From the sequence record NC_031120.1: a DNA stretch of 64,000 nt; one strand, 5' to 3'. The notes below the pieces were generated by a model that saw only the letters and a list, made by a program, of their open reading frames with translations, had not been told where the DNA came from and ran no database searches. Numbering within the stretch: the stretch's first letter is position 1; each line of letters begins with the position of its first letter. This document shows positions 43,596-52,244 of this stretch, piece by piece. The position numbers and the translations under genes are program-made.

Positions 43596-45312
43596 AATCG
43601 TTAGTGTCTTTGACCAATTTGTCTACGGGCAAGCACTGGCGAAAAAGATGCTGGCGATTGCTTTACGTAACCGTATTCGTATCGCGCAGCTCAGCCTGAA
43701 AGATCGCGGTTCGGTACGTAAACAAAACCTGCTGCTCATTGGGCCAACGGGTGTGGGTAAGACGGCACTGATGCGTGTACTGCGTAATCGTTTCGGCTTA
43801 CCGGTGTTAGAGGTGGACATGACCGGTTTCTCTGAGACCGGTTACGTGGGTCGTAACGTCAGCACCATCGGCACTGACCTGGCGAGCTTAGCCAAATCCA
43901 CCCCGTTACCAGAATGGTACATTACGTTGCGTACGGGGATGACGCTGGAGAAAGAAGAAAAGCGTCACACTCGTGAAGAGTGGGAAGCCTTACAGGTTAA
44001 AGAGAAAGAACAGCAATACGCGGAGGAGCAGACCGAACGTGAAAAGGAGAGGGCTGCGAAACGTGAGCACGAGATTCGTTTAACCAGCATGGGCATCCTG
44101 CCGGATGAGGAAGACTATAAGCGCATTCGCAAAGTGTTCTACATGCGGGCGTTTATCCTTGGTTACTGCCACATCAAAAACCTGCCGTTCGATGACATTG
44201 ACCTGCGTGAGATGGAAATCTTCCCAGGCCAGACCGTCGACGGTCTGGCGAAGCGTGCCCTCCAGCTGATGGAAACCGTCACTGGTCAGAAGTTCGATTC
44301 CATGGAATCGCTGGAGTCATTTGACAGCGATTTGGATCTCGAAGAGTCGGTTAGTGAGCATCCGCAGCTGATGGGTGAAATGATGGCGCTGCTTCCGATT
44401 GCCGAAACCATTTCGTCCATCATCGAACAAGGTCTTTCCCTGATGGGGAGCAATCCCGTTGCCGCTTGTGTATCCGGTAACGATTGGTTTGATGTGGCCT
44501 ATTCGTTCGACGGGGAAAAGCAGGATATTCCACCGGGCATCGGTTGGCGTTACTTCGACGACACCGAATGGCTCATTGGGTTAATGTTTGAGATCCTGTT
44601 CAACTACGACGAGCTGATGGAGACCTATTGGTCGGTAGAAGACTTCACCCAGTTTGCCGATGAGAAAATCTGGGCATACGACGTGAAGGCCGATAAGCCG
44701 AAGTGGAACAACCCAACCGGCGTACTCACCAAGAAAGACCTGCTGAAAGTGGATAACTGTAACGCACGGGATTTCGTGGAGAACTTCGCAGTAGTGTTCC
44801 TCGATGAGTTTGACAAGCTTATCGAAACTGATACGACCGGGCGCACGCATGTTTCGCGCAGTGGCGTACAGCGTAGTTTATTGAAAATGGTTGAAGGGGG
44901 ATTATACAGTGGGATTGACACAACCAATGTGCTTTTTGTCGCTGCTGGGACGTTTGCTGAAGCGCCTCTTTCTAAACTCTTACCCGAACTCCAGGGACGC
45001 TTCCCGTTAAGGGCGCAACTGGAACCGTTGGACATCCCGGCTATCGAGGCAATCTGTCGTCTTGATACCAGTGATTTCCACAGCATGATTAAACTGTTGT
45101 CCTTGGAAGGCGTCAAAGTTCGCTACGACGCTGACACGTACCTCTACATTGCCGAACAGACCATGTTGGCCAACCAGGTGGATAACTTGGGTGCCCGTCG
45201 TCTGGATGCCATCGTAGAACGTATCTTACAAGCTGCCCTTTACGAACCGGAGAAATACCTTGAACATGGATACGACATTACCGGAGCAACCCTCCGTGGA
45301 CTTGACGGTTGA
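43573..45312 (+). CDS. hslU: HslU/ClpY-like AAA+ unfoldase, C-terminally shortened
   Basis: GQ..AKK..AIALRNR, GPTGVGKT, ETGYVG pore loop, FLDEFDK, GVQR.LL..VEG, LF.AAG.F, PELQGRFP, NLGARRL. Confidence 0.9.
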   Translation: MDKLTPVEIVSVFDQFVYGQALAKKMLAIALRNRIRIAQLSLKDRGSVRKQNLLLIGPTGVGKTALMRVLRNRFGLPVLEVDMTGFSETGYVGRNVSTIGTDLASLAKSTPLPEWYITLRTGMTLEKEEKRHTREEWEALQVKEKEQQYAEEQTEREKERAAKREHEIRLTSMGILPDEEDYKRIRKVFYMRAFILGYCHIKNLPFDDIDLREMEIFPGQTVDGLAKRALQLMETVTGQKFDSMESLESFDSDLDLEESVSEHPQLMGEMMALLPIAETISSIIEQGLSLMGSNPVAACVSGNDWFDVAYSFDGEKQDIPPGIGWRYFDDTEWLIGLMFEILFNYDELMETYWSVEDFTQFADEKIWAYDVKADKPKWNNPTGVLTKKDLLKVDNCNARDFVENFAVVFLDEFDKLIETDTTGRTHVSRSGVQRSLLKMVEGGLYSGIDTTNVLFVAAGTFAEAPLSKLLPELQGRFPLRAQLEPLDIPAIEAICRLDTSDFHSMIKLLSLEGVKVRYDADTYLYIAEQTMLANQVDNLGARRLDAIVERILQAALYEPEKYLEHGYDITGATLRGLDG

Positions 45313-46042
45313 ATACCGTTTACCCGTACACCACACCGTTCGCGTAACGGGTATTGGTAGTGCGGATTTGAAATCGACCGACAGTGTCTGGGCCGAAGGG
45401 GAGCTGATCCGCTTGCCTATGGCGGCGTTGGCACCGGACGCGGATCTTGACAAGGTATTCCGTCGCTGGTTTGAAAACAACAGCAAGTGTGAAGTGAACC
45501 CGGTAAAGAACAACGTGGGGTGCTTCGAAAACCCGGCGCTGTTATTGAAGTTCCGTGAAGTGCAAGACCTCTACGTCGGGGCCTACCTCACCGAAGGTCA
45601 TCTGGATGTGGTGGATGGCGTGGTGATTATTAGCGGCAAGCTGAAACCGACCGGACGTTACGGTGAGAAGGTGCGCCGTTACATGACCCTGGTGGAAGAG
45701 ATTGCGATACGTCCGCGTTTCTTGGTGGATGCGAATGGGTTAGTGACCGGCGTTCCTACCTGGGACTTGGTGCTCCCGGAGCAATGGGAACTGACCTCTC
45801 GCGATCGTCAGCCGTTGTATAACGAACCGACCCATCCGGATTTCGTAAAGTCCCATGGCTTAATCCACGAACGTTGCAAAGAAGACGGGCTGGATTATGC
45901 GGTGAACTACGAAGAAGGTCTGGACATGTGGAACATCAGTATCCGCCCCATGGACCACGATAAATGGTTCAGAACGGGTGACGGTAATTTGTCGAGTGTA
46001 GTAGAAGAAGCTTTAGATCATTTAAATATCGTTGGGGATTAA
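45266..46042 (+). CDS. degenerate prohead-protease-fold protein (T4 gp21/phiKZ gp175-like)
   Basis: GCFENP, ISGKLKPTGRYG, AIRPR, TWDLV align to GE.GHP / G.VKP.GPYG / FSIRS / TWD.V; catalytic His and Ser missing. Confidence 0.5.
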   Translation: MDTTLPEQPSVDLTVEYRLPVHHTVRVTGIGSADLKSTDSVWAEGELIRLPMAALAPDADLDKVFRRWFENNSKCEVNPVKNNVGCFENPALLLKFREVQDLYVGAYLTEGHLDVVDGVVIISGKLKPTGRYGEKVRRYMTLVEEIAIRPRFLVDANGLVTGVPTWDLVLPEQWELTSRDRQPLYNEPTHPDFVKSHGLIHERCKEDGLDYAVNYEEGLDMWNISIRPMDHDKWFRTGDGNLSSVVEEALDHLNIVGD

Positions 46043-46043
46043 C

Positions 46044-46514
46044 ATGGAACAGAATAATAAGCGCGGGTTGGAAATCACGGGTCAGGGCGAAGACGTGGCG
46101 GGTAAGTTTTACACGGTGACGTTATTAGAAGTGGGTAAGATGCGGGCAGATGGGAAAGTGTACAACGGCGACATCAAGCATCTGATGCGTGGTATCAAGC
46201 GCATGCCGCGTGTCTTCTGTGAAGTCGATCCGTATCACGATCACCGTTTCCAAATCCCCATGGCAGACGATAAACACATCACGGCAGTCAGCTCCATCGA
46301 CACCAGAAACGTGTGTGCGGCCATTGAAGACCTGCGTCACGATATCCGGGCTGGTAAGCTGACGGCGAAACTCCGTCCGTGGGGACCGCATGCCCGGATG
46401 GTCAATGAGCTGATGGATGCGCGTAACCAGAACGTAACCTTCGGGATGCGTGCCTTGGCGACACCGTCTGGTGCGATTGACAAAGTAATTTGCTGGGATT
46501 TGCTGCCGGAATAA
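46044..46514 (+). CDS. degenerate prohead-protease-fold protein (T4 gp21/phiKZ gp175-like)
   Basis: G..Y, FCEVDP, IDTRNVCAAI, KLRPWGPH, NVTFGMRA, ICWDLLPE; FSIR Ser replaced by Gly. Confidence 0.6.
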   Translation: MEQNNKRGLEITGQGEDVAGKFYTVTLLEVGKMRADGKVYNGDIKHLMRGIKRMPRVFCEVDPYHDHRFQIPMADDKHITAVSSIDTRNVCAAIEDLRHDIRAGKLTAKLRPWGPHARMVNELMDARNQNVTFGMRALATPSGAIDKVICWDLLPE

Positions 46515-46535
46515 GGCAGTAACGAAAAGAAGCTC

Positions 46536-46557
46536 AGATAGATATTATCTTGATGAG
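46536..46557 (+). promoter_or_regulatory. putative early promoter inside an inverted repeat
   Basis: AGATAGATATTATC-TTG-ATGAG, flanked by AAGCTCA/TGAGCTT. Confidence 0.65.
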
Positions 46558-46591
46558 CTTCTGTTATTTCTTTTTTTCGAAAGGAGCAGCT

Positions 46592-46783
46592 ATGGCTGTG
46601 GTCTATTGGATGGTGCTAGTGGTCTCTGCGTTGTTCACCGGCATGAAGATTGCCCAAGTGCAGCAGTATTACAAAAAGCGCCGTAACCGTGATGCCCGTC
46701 AACAATTGATTGGCGCAGTGATTGCGCTGGTCTGTGGTGCGGCATTATTAGCATGGGCGTTGTATCAAATCTGGTCTAAATAA
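46592..46783 (+). CDS. small two-TM membrane protein
   Basis: ATG 46592 with AAGGAG; two hydrophobic helices around basic loop YYKKRRNRDAR. Confidence 0.75.
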   Translation: MAVVYWMVLVVSALFTGMKIAQVQQYYKKRRNRDARQQLIGAVIALVCGAALLAWALYQIWSK

Positions 46784-46805
46784 GTTACCCATTAAGGAGT
46801 ATTAA

Positions 46806-47840
46806 ATGTCTCGTATCTTAACCTTAACCGGCGGTCTGGATTCCACTTGGATTCTCAATAAGCTGATGAATCTGCCAGACGATCATCCGGCTGAACGAAT
46901 TTATCCGGTGTACCTGGATTTTAATCAGGGTGAGCGCGCTGCGTTTCTGGAATACCTGCTCAGCAGTGAAGCTGCACTGCGCATGTTAAAACAAACCCCG
47001 TGGTATAAACGTGAACTGGAATGGCGTTCTCCCGCGCCGAATATTTATAACTACGTTCTTTCCCGCCAGGATGCCAACACCCGCTTGGTGCAGCAAGGCA
47101 ACGTGGTCATGTGTCTGGCTAATGTGGTGAATGACCAATTGTGTCGAGAACAAGGAGTAACTGCATACGTCGGCTGGAACAAAGGCGATTGTATCGAGCG
47201 TAACTGGACGCGCGGTGAGTACAACGAGGACGACTACGACCGTCTGCGTCGGATGTACGAAGACCTGGTCTATTTCCAAGACCATGGCTACCGTGTCCAT
47301 CCGTTACTGACCCCCGCATGGGATAAGACCAAGCATGAGATGTGGAAAGAGCTGCCGCCAGAAGTTCGTCAGTTCATTACCGTTGCGCCGCATTACGCTA
47401 TTCACTATTTACCGTGTCCAGAACTCGACGTCATCTATATTTACATCAAAACTGAGCAATGCGCGAAATACATTCGCTACCGTGAGCAGGGGATTGAGCT
47501 GTCTGTAGCATGGCGCATCAGTACGAACAACGCGTTTTGGGATCGTGTCCAACAATCCACTTGTCCAATTAACCGCGAAGGTTACGGTATATCAAAACAA
47601 ATTGGTATCCCTAGCGAGCGGAAGAAGGAAGACTACCAAATTGGGCCCCTGCGCTTGAGGGCGGAAGACGATCCGCTTATTATCAAAGCCTACACGAAGG
47701 AAGAGTGGGATGAATACTCTCCAAAGCTTGAGCAGTACATCGATCAGCGCGAACGCGAAGCCCAGGCTCGAGCTGTGGACGGTGCAGATGGCGAAGTGGC
47801 GCAAAGTACATCTGCTACTGCCACCGGTCCGGCTGCTTGA
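46806..47840 (+). CDS. PP-loop ATP pyrophosphatase, QueC-like, divergent
   Basis: LTGGLDS PP-loop, YLDFNQG..A..E, GWNKGD, PL....K..MW; QueC Zn-binding Cys cluster not evident. Confidence 0.65.
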   Translation: MSRILTLTGGLDSTWILNKLMNLPDDHPAERIYPVYLDFNQGERAAFLEYLLSSEAALRMLKQTPWYKRELEWRSPAPNIYNYVLSRQDANTRLVQQGNVVMCLANVVNDQLCREQGVTAYVGWNKGDCIERNWTRGEYNEDDYDRLRRMYEDLVYFQDHGYRVHPLLTPAWDKTKHEMWKELPPEVRQFITVAPHYAIHYLPCPELDVIYIYIKTEQCAKYIRYREQGIELSVAWRISTNNAFWDRVQQSTCPINREGYGISKQIGIPSERKKEDYQIGPLRLRAEDDPLIIKAYTKEEWDEYSPKLEQYIDQREREAQARAVDGADGEVAQSTSATATGPAA

Positions 47841-48144
47841 CATCACCGTTAAAAGCGGCATGAAAATATTCGCCCCGACCTGGGACTTCCTGATGGAGTA
47901 TAAAAACTCCAACAAGGATGCCGAGGCCGAGGCGGTGTATACCCGGAAGTTTCGGGCGAAGATTCGACAGCTGTATCGGGATAATCCCGATGCACTGTTA
48001 GAACTGTTATACAGCGAGCGCTTAGCGCTGATGTGTTATTGTCCGGCAGGCAAATTCTGCCACCGTCATTTATTAGTCCGTACCCTACGAGCACTCGGGC
48101 GTCTACACGGCGTCGATGTTGTCTTGATGGGCGAAATTACCTAA
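47710..48144 (+). CDS. DUF488-like protein (start uncertain, overlaps upstream gene)
   Basis: LWTVQMAKWRK, DITVKSG..IFAPTW, ALMCYC..GKFCHRHLL. Confidence 0.65.
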   Translation: MNTLQSLSSTSISANAKPRLELWTVQMAKWRKVHLLLPPVRLLDITVKSGMKIFAPTWDFLMEYKNSNKDAEAEAVYTRKFRAKIRQLYRDNPDALLELLYSERLALMCYCPAGKFCHRHLLVRTLRALGRLHGVDVVLMGEIT

Positions 48145-48156
48145 AGGAGTATTACC

Positions 48157-49113
48157 ATGTTTAAAGCCCCTATCTACAAACACGGCGAAGGCCATATCCT
48201 GCTGACCACCTCCGCCCGTATCAATCGTTTAGCGGAAGTGGCTAAACTTTACGGCCACAAAATGGAATTGGTGCAATGTGTAAATGCTACATTGGGTCAG
48301 CATGACTTTGCACGTTTCAGCTGGACGGATTTCTTGCGCGATGCCTACCTGGCTCTCGGGCGTTTACCGGATGATGATGTCGAGGCTCACCACATCAAAA
48401 ATATGCTCACTAAAGCAACGGATATGTTCCAGGGGGTAATCCCATTCCACGCGCTGGAATACTCCGTCACCATGGGTATCGTAAAGAAACTGGAAGACTG
48501 GGAAGCCGATGTGTTGTCTGGGAAGACGGATGTAGACGCAACACTGAAGTCTGACGATCCTGTCGTAAACAAAGTGTTTAAAGAAGGCTATAACCCGGTA
48601 GTCACGGGTGCTAATTTAGCCGAACAGACCACCTCGTATTTCGGTAAGACAGAAAATCCACTGCGTCTGAAATTCCGACTGGATATCAGTCGTGAGCTTG
48701 GTATCGTACCGATGCAAGAGCTGCACCGTGCGCTCGCGTCTCTGCCGTTTGATATCACGCTGACCACCCCGACCGAACGTGCCACCATGTTCGATAAGGT
48801 ACCGAAGTTGAACGGCATGATGATCAACGTCATTCCTGCTGATGAGATGACCGATTACTGTCGCTTCCGTTTGCAGTATACGTTCGATAAGCACATCGAT
48901 GATCAAATAGCGCGTGACCTGATTAAAGAGCGTATGCAAGAACGCAAAATTGGCGGCACCGTTTCCTGGCAAATCGATAGCTTGGTGATTACTGCAACCT
49001 GTGCCGAACAAGACACGTTGGTTGAAGCGATTCAATGGCGCTGTAAAGTCGAAGAAGAGCTGCTGGAAGTGTTGGCCAGCATGACCTGCAACGATAACAA
49101 ATTCATTCGTTGA
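48157..49113 (+). CDS. hypothetical protein (paralog of 49141 gene)
   Basis: 318 aa; YLAL..L...EA..I..ML and C-terminal alpha/beta domain shared. Confidence 0.75.
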   Translation: MFKAPIYKHGEGHILLTTSARINRLAEVAKLYGHKMELVQCVNATLGQHDFARFSWTDFLRDAYLALGRLPDDDVEAHHIKNMLTKATDMFQGVIPFHALEYSVTMGIVKKLEDWEADVLSGKTDVDATLKSDDPVVNKVFKEGYNPVVTGANLAEQTTSYFGKTENPLRLKFRLDISRELGIVPMQELHRALASLPFDITLTTPTERATMFDKVPKLNGMMINVIPADEMTDYCRFRLQYTFDKHIDDQIARDLIKERMQERKIGGTVSWQIDSLVITATCAEQDTLVEAIQWRCKVEEELLEVLASMTCNDNKFIR

Positions 49114-49140
49114 TCAAAGTACCCATTAAGGATAATCATC

Positions 49141-50067
49141 GTGAATAAAGAACCGTTAATCATCGTTCCCCTGTTTGAAGAAAATATTCCCGTCCGTGAC
49201 CCGACCGTACAGACGATGTTGTGTATGCTGCGTAAAGCCTACACGCTGGCGTACCGTAAGCGCCACCGTATTACCATCGGCCTTATCCCGGCGACCCCAC
49301 AGGCAGTCAGTTTTGTCTGTGACCTAGGCCTGTACGGTTATCTGGCACTGAGCAAGCTCAAGAAAGATACGCCAGAAGCCCTGGAAATCATTCAGATGCT
49401 GAGCGACATGTACAAAGAGTTCACCACCGGCGAGAAGAAGACCTATCGCCACACGGACATGATGTACAAGCTCGCATGTGAAGACGAAGGCTTCGGGTTA
49501 CGCCGCTCCCTTATCATGCAGAAACCAAGCCCCACGCCGATGTTGTACCATTTAGAAGAAAACGTGGGTGAGAAGGTACAGAACGATGGCTTCTGCGGTC
49601 AGCAGAACCTCGGTGATATCTACCTGACCACCACCAACAACCTACCTGAGGCCATGAAGCGGGAACTGGCTGAGGTATTGTGTCGCTGGAACATCGGCAG
49701 AAACCATGTCTTTGACCAAGCAGATATGGATATTATCCCCTCCGCCGCCTCGGTCATTGTGGATTGGGAAGGGAATGGCGTTTACCGTGTGACGTTACAT
49801 GCCGTGGGTGGTGATGTTTCTGACCTGGCATTGCGCATGATAAAAGCACGGTTGCTGGGTAAATCCGACCGTGGCTGTTCGTACCATATCGAAGGCAAGG
49901 GTCAAATGTTTGTTGAAATCGACAGCATGAAGAACCCTTCCAACGCCCAGCCAACCATTATTGAAATGGTGCGGCTTGGCATCCAGAACAATGTGGTTCA
50001 CACGGTTCTCGACATTTGTGCCAAGCGCTACGAATGCGAAATCGTCTTGAAGCCCCGTAAGAAGTAA
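49141..50067 (+). CDS. hypothetical protein (paralog of 48157 gene)
   Basis: 308 aa, GTG start with AAGGA RBS. Confidence 0.75.
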   Translation: MNKEPLIIVPLFEENIPVRDPTVQTMLCMLRKAYTLAYRKRHRITIGLIPATPQAVSFVCDLGLYGYLALSKLKKDTPEALEIIQMLSDMYKEFTTGEKKTYRHTDMMYKLACEDEGFGLRRSLIMQKPSPTPMLYHLEENVGEKVQNDGFCGQQNLGDIYLTTTNNLPEAMKRELAEVLCRWNIGRNHVFDQADMDIIPSAASVIVDWEGNGVYRVTLHAVGGDVSDLALRMIKARLLGKSDRGCSYHIEGKGQMFVEIDSMKNPSNAQPTIIEMVRLGIQNNVVHTVLDICAKRYECEIVLKPRKK

Positions 50068-50088
50068 ATACCCCTTTAGGAGAATCAA

Positions 50089-50616
50089 ATGCACATGAGT
50101 TTCTTTACGAAGCGCGAACGCGGCTTCTTATCTAAATGCTTGGCACAGGGATTACCCATTGCCAAGACCGCGGCTGCTGAGCAGCTGACCATCGAGCCGA
50201 TTAAGGAAGTGATTGCGAAACGTTACCCAGAAGAGAACTGGGATGAATGGTATCGTGATGCCCTGTTGGTTCATGGCTCATTAATGGCGTTGGCAGAGTA
50301 CAACAGCTGCAAGCGCCTGGATGGTTGGACGTGGTACGTACCCCGCACACCCGACCGTATCCATTTTGCCAACAACCCGAATGAACCGGTGCTGATTATG
50401 CCAATAGCGCATCCGGAACGTTTGGATGAACATCTGCGTGTTATCTGGGACCGTCCTCGTCAGGAGTTGATGATGCTTATCGAGTTGCTGATGGACTCCG
50501 GTAAGCTCACGACCATTGAAGTGGACTCTCCGGATAAGAAGCATGTTTACTGGCGTCTGTCGTGGATTGCAGGTCCGTTCCACAACCGTAACATCATGTA
50601 CCTGCACCGGAGATAA
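50089..50616 (+). CDS. hypothetical protein
   Basis: 175 aa, AGGAG RBS. Confidence 0.75.
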   Translation: MHMSFFTKRERGFLSKCLAQGLPIAKTAAAEQLTIEPIKEVIAKRYPEENWDEWYRDALLVHGSLMALAEYNSCKRLDGWTWYVPRTPDRIHFANNPNEPVLIMPIAHPERLDEHLRVIWDRPRQELMMLIELLMDSGKLTTIEVDSPDKKHVYWRLSWIAGPFHNRNIMYLHRR

Positions 50617-50619
50617 GCG

Positions 50620-50982
50620 ATGTCCAGTTTGATGACGGTAAAAGACAATCTGAAACGTTACCTCCGCCGCACCGGCCAACCCACACCACCGTCCTACGAG
50701 GAGTTGGTCGACCGGGTGCAGAAACTGGAGCGAGATAACAAGCAGTTGAAGAAGGTGGTGATTTCATGTCTTCGTTCGGAAACGCGAGTTATCGACATGG
50801 CGGTACGGCAATCAGAAATGCTGTCTGTCACACAACGCTCGTTTATCGCACGCCGGGCAATCAGCGACCGCTTATTAAGGTACAGCACCGCGTTGGCTAG
50901 TATTGGCGAGCGACAAAAACGCCGTTTGAAGTTGATGGCGAAAAAGTGGGATATTACTCTACCGGGGTATTACCATGATTAA
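50620..50982 (+). CDS. coiled-coil hypothetical protein
   Basis: YEELVDRVQKLERDNKQLKK heptads. Confidence 0.7.
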   Translation: MSSLMTVKDNLKRYLRRTGQPTPPSYEELVDRVQKLERDNKQLKKVVISCLRSETRVIDMAVRQSEMLSVTQRSFIARRAISDRLLRYSTALASIGERQKRRLKLMAKKWDITLPGYYHD

Positions 50983-51259
50983 GAATCTGCTCAAGCATAT
51001 CTTTCAACCGCAGAAGGTGATTGAAGATACCGATATCAAGTTGCGCCTGGAAACCGCTATTGCGCATATCGACACGCTGGAAACCCTTGCCAATAAACAC
51101 ATGGATGTGCTCAGCGGGTTAGTGGAACGGATGGTGGTGTCACCCGATCCAGAAGTGCGTAAACTTGCCCAAAATATCAGTCCTGGTATTCGGGGATTCC
51201 GCAATTCTTTGGTGGAACTGAAAGCCTTTCGTATCATCTTCAAAACGGACAAAATGTAA
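50975..51259 (+). CDS. helical hypothetical protein
   Basis: 94 aa, overlapping start. Confidence 0.7.
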   Translation: MIKNLLKHIFQPQKVIEDTDIKLRLETAIAHIDTLETLANKHMDVLSGLVERMVVSPDPEVRKLAQNISPGIRGFRNSLVELKAFRIIFKTDKM

Positions 51260-51564
51260 TGTTGAACTGGCTAATTGCATTAATCAATAAACGGCAGAAA
51301 CAGCTTTGTGATGAAAACGCAAAGTTACGGGCACAGAACCGTGAGATTCGCGCCGATCTTAAAGAAGCCTGCTACGGCGTAGAAGACTTGAGCAAACACG
51401 TCAGCCGGATGAACGACCAGCTCAGTCGTCTACAGCATTACAATTTGGATAACGCGGGCTCCCACTGTGAAATGCTTTACGCCATCTCGCAGGAGGGGGC
51501 TAATATCCGTTACCGTGTATTAACTAAAATCCATGACCTTCAGAGGAAACATAATGTCAAATAA
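51259..51564 (+). CDS. coiled-coil hypothetical protein
   Basis: TAATG-coupled; LCDENAKLRAQNREIRADLK. Confidence 0.7.
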   Translation: MLNWLIALINKRQKQLCDENAKLRAQNREIRADLKEACYGVEDLSKHVSRMNDQLSRLQHYNLDNAGSHCEMLYAISQEGANIRYRVLTKIHDLQRKHNVK

Positions 51565-51916
51565 AGAACCGACTGTCGACGACCTGGCTACCGCGTTAGT
51601 CGTTGAGACCATGAAAAATCACCGCCTTACTATTTTGCAAGCAGACACGGAAGATAATCTGGGTGCTGCGGTGAAAATCATTCGTCATGGTATTCTGCGC
51701 AACAAAGAGCTGATTCAACAGCTTAACGATTTGCAGTCGTACGTTATCAACAATACCTCGGCCTCCGATACCTTTGACCGTATTGGCGAGCTTCTGCGCG
51801 AGCATGAGAACTGGGCGCAGAACTTTGCAGCCGAACTCGAATGCTCCACGGGCGTTAGCGTCCGTGACCTCGACAAACCGCTGGATGGTTTGGTGTTCCT
51901 CAGAACGAAGGAGTAA
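51554..51916 (+). CDS. helical hypothetical protein
   Basis: ATG 51554 with GAGG RBS. Confidence 0.7.
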   Translation: MSNKEPTVDDLATALVVETMKNHRLTILQADTEDNLGAAVKIIRHGILRNKELIQQLNDLQSYVINNTSASDTFDRIGELLREHENWAQNFAAELECSTGVSVRDLDKPLDGLVFLRTKE

Positions 51917-51920
51917 AGAC

Positions 51921-52244
51921 ATGGGCGAATTGGTGCAACTGTACACTGACCTGACTGGAAAGACGCCGTCTGAGATACTGGACGTGTTACAGTCCGGTCA
52001 GCGGGTTCAGGATACCGATACCAACGCCGATGCGATTCTGATGACGCTCGTCCCTGTACGGGGCGAGTATTACGAAATCGCACTGTTGGGCAGCGAGTAT
52101 GTCGTACGCACGCCAGGACGCGAATGGGAGGCGTTTAGAGCCCCTCGTACGTTAGGCGGTGTGATACTGGTGGTCACAGGTTTACAAAAGGCCATTGAAC
52201 AATGTGCGTTATACATTGCCAGTGGTGGACGAGGGCATTTCTGA
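51921..52244 (+). CDS. hypothetical protein
   Basis: ATG 51921 with AAGGAG RBS; 107 aa. Confidence 0.7.
   Translation: MGELVQLYTDLTGKTPSEILDVLQSGQRVQDTDTNADAILMTLVPVRGEYYEIALLGSEYVVRTPGREWEAFRAPRTLGGVILVVTGLQKAIEQCALYIASGGRGHF

Noticed and set aside
46806-47840. Assigning the symbol queC or claiming 7-deazaguanine DNA modification
   Set aside because: Zn-Cys cluster absent and no partner genes in the window
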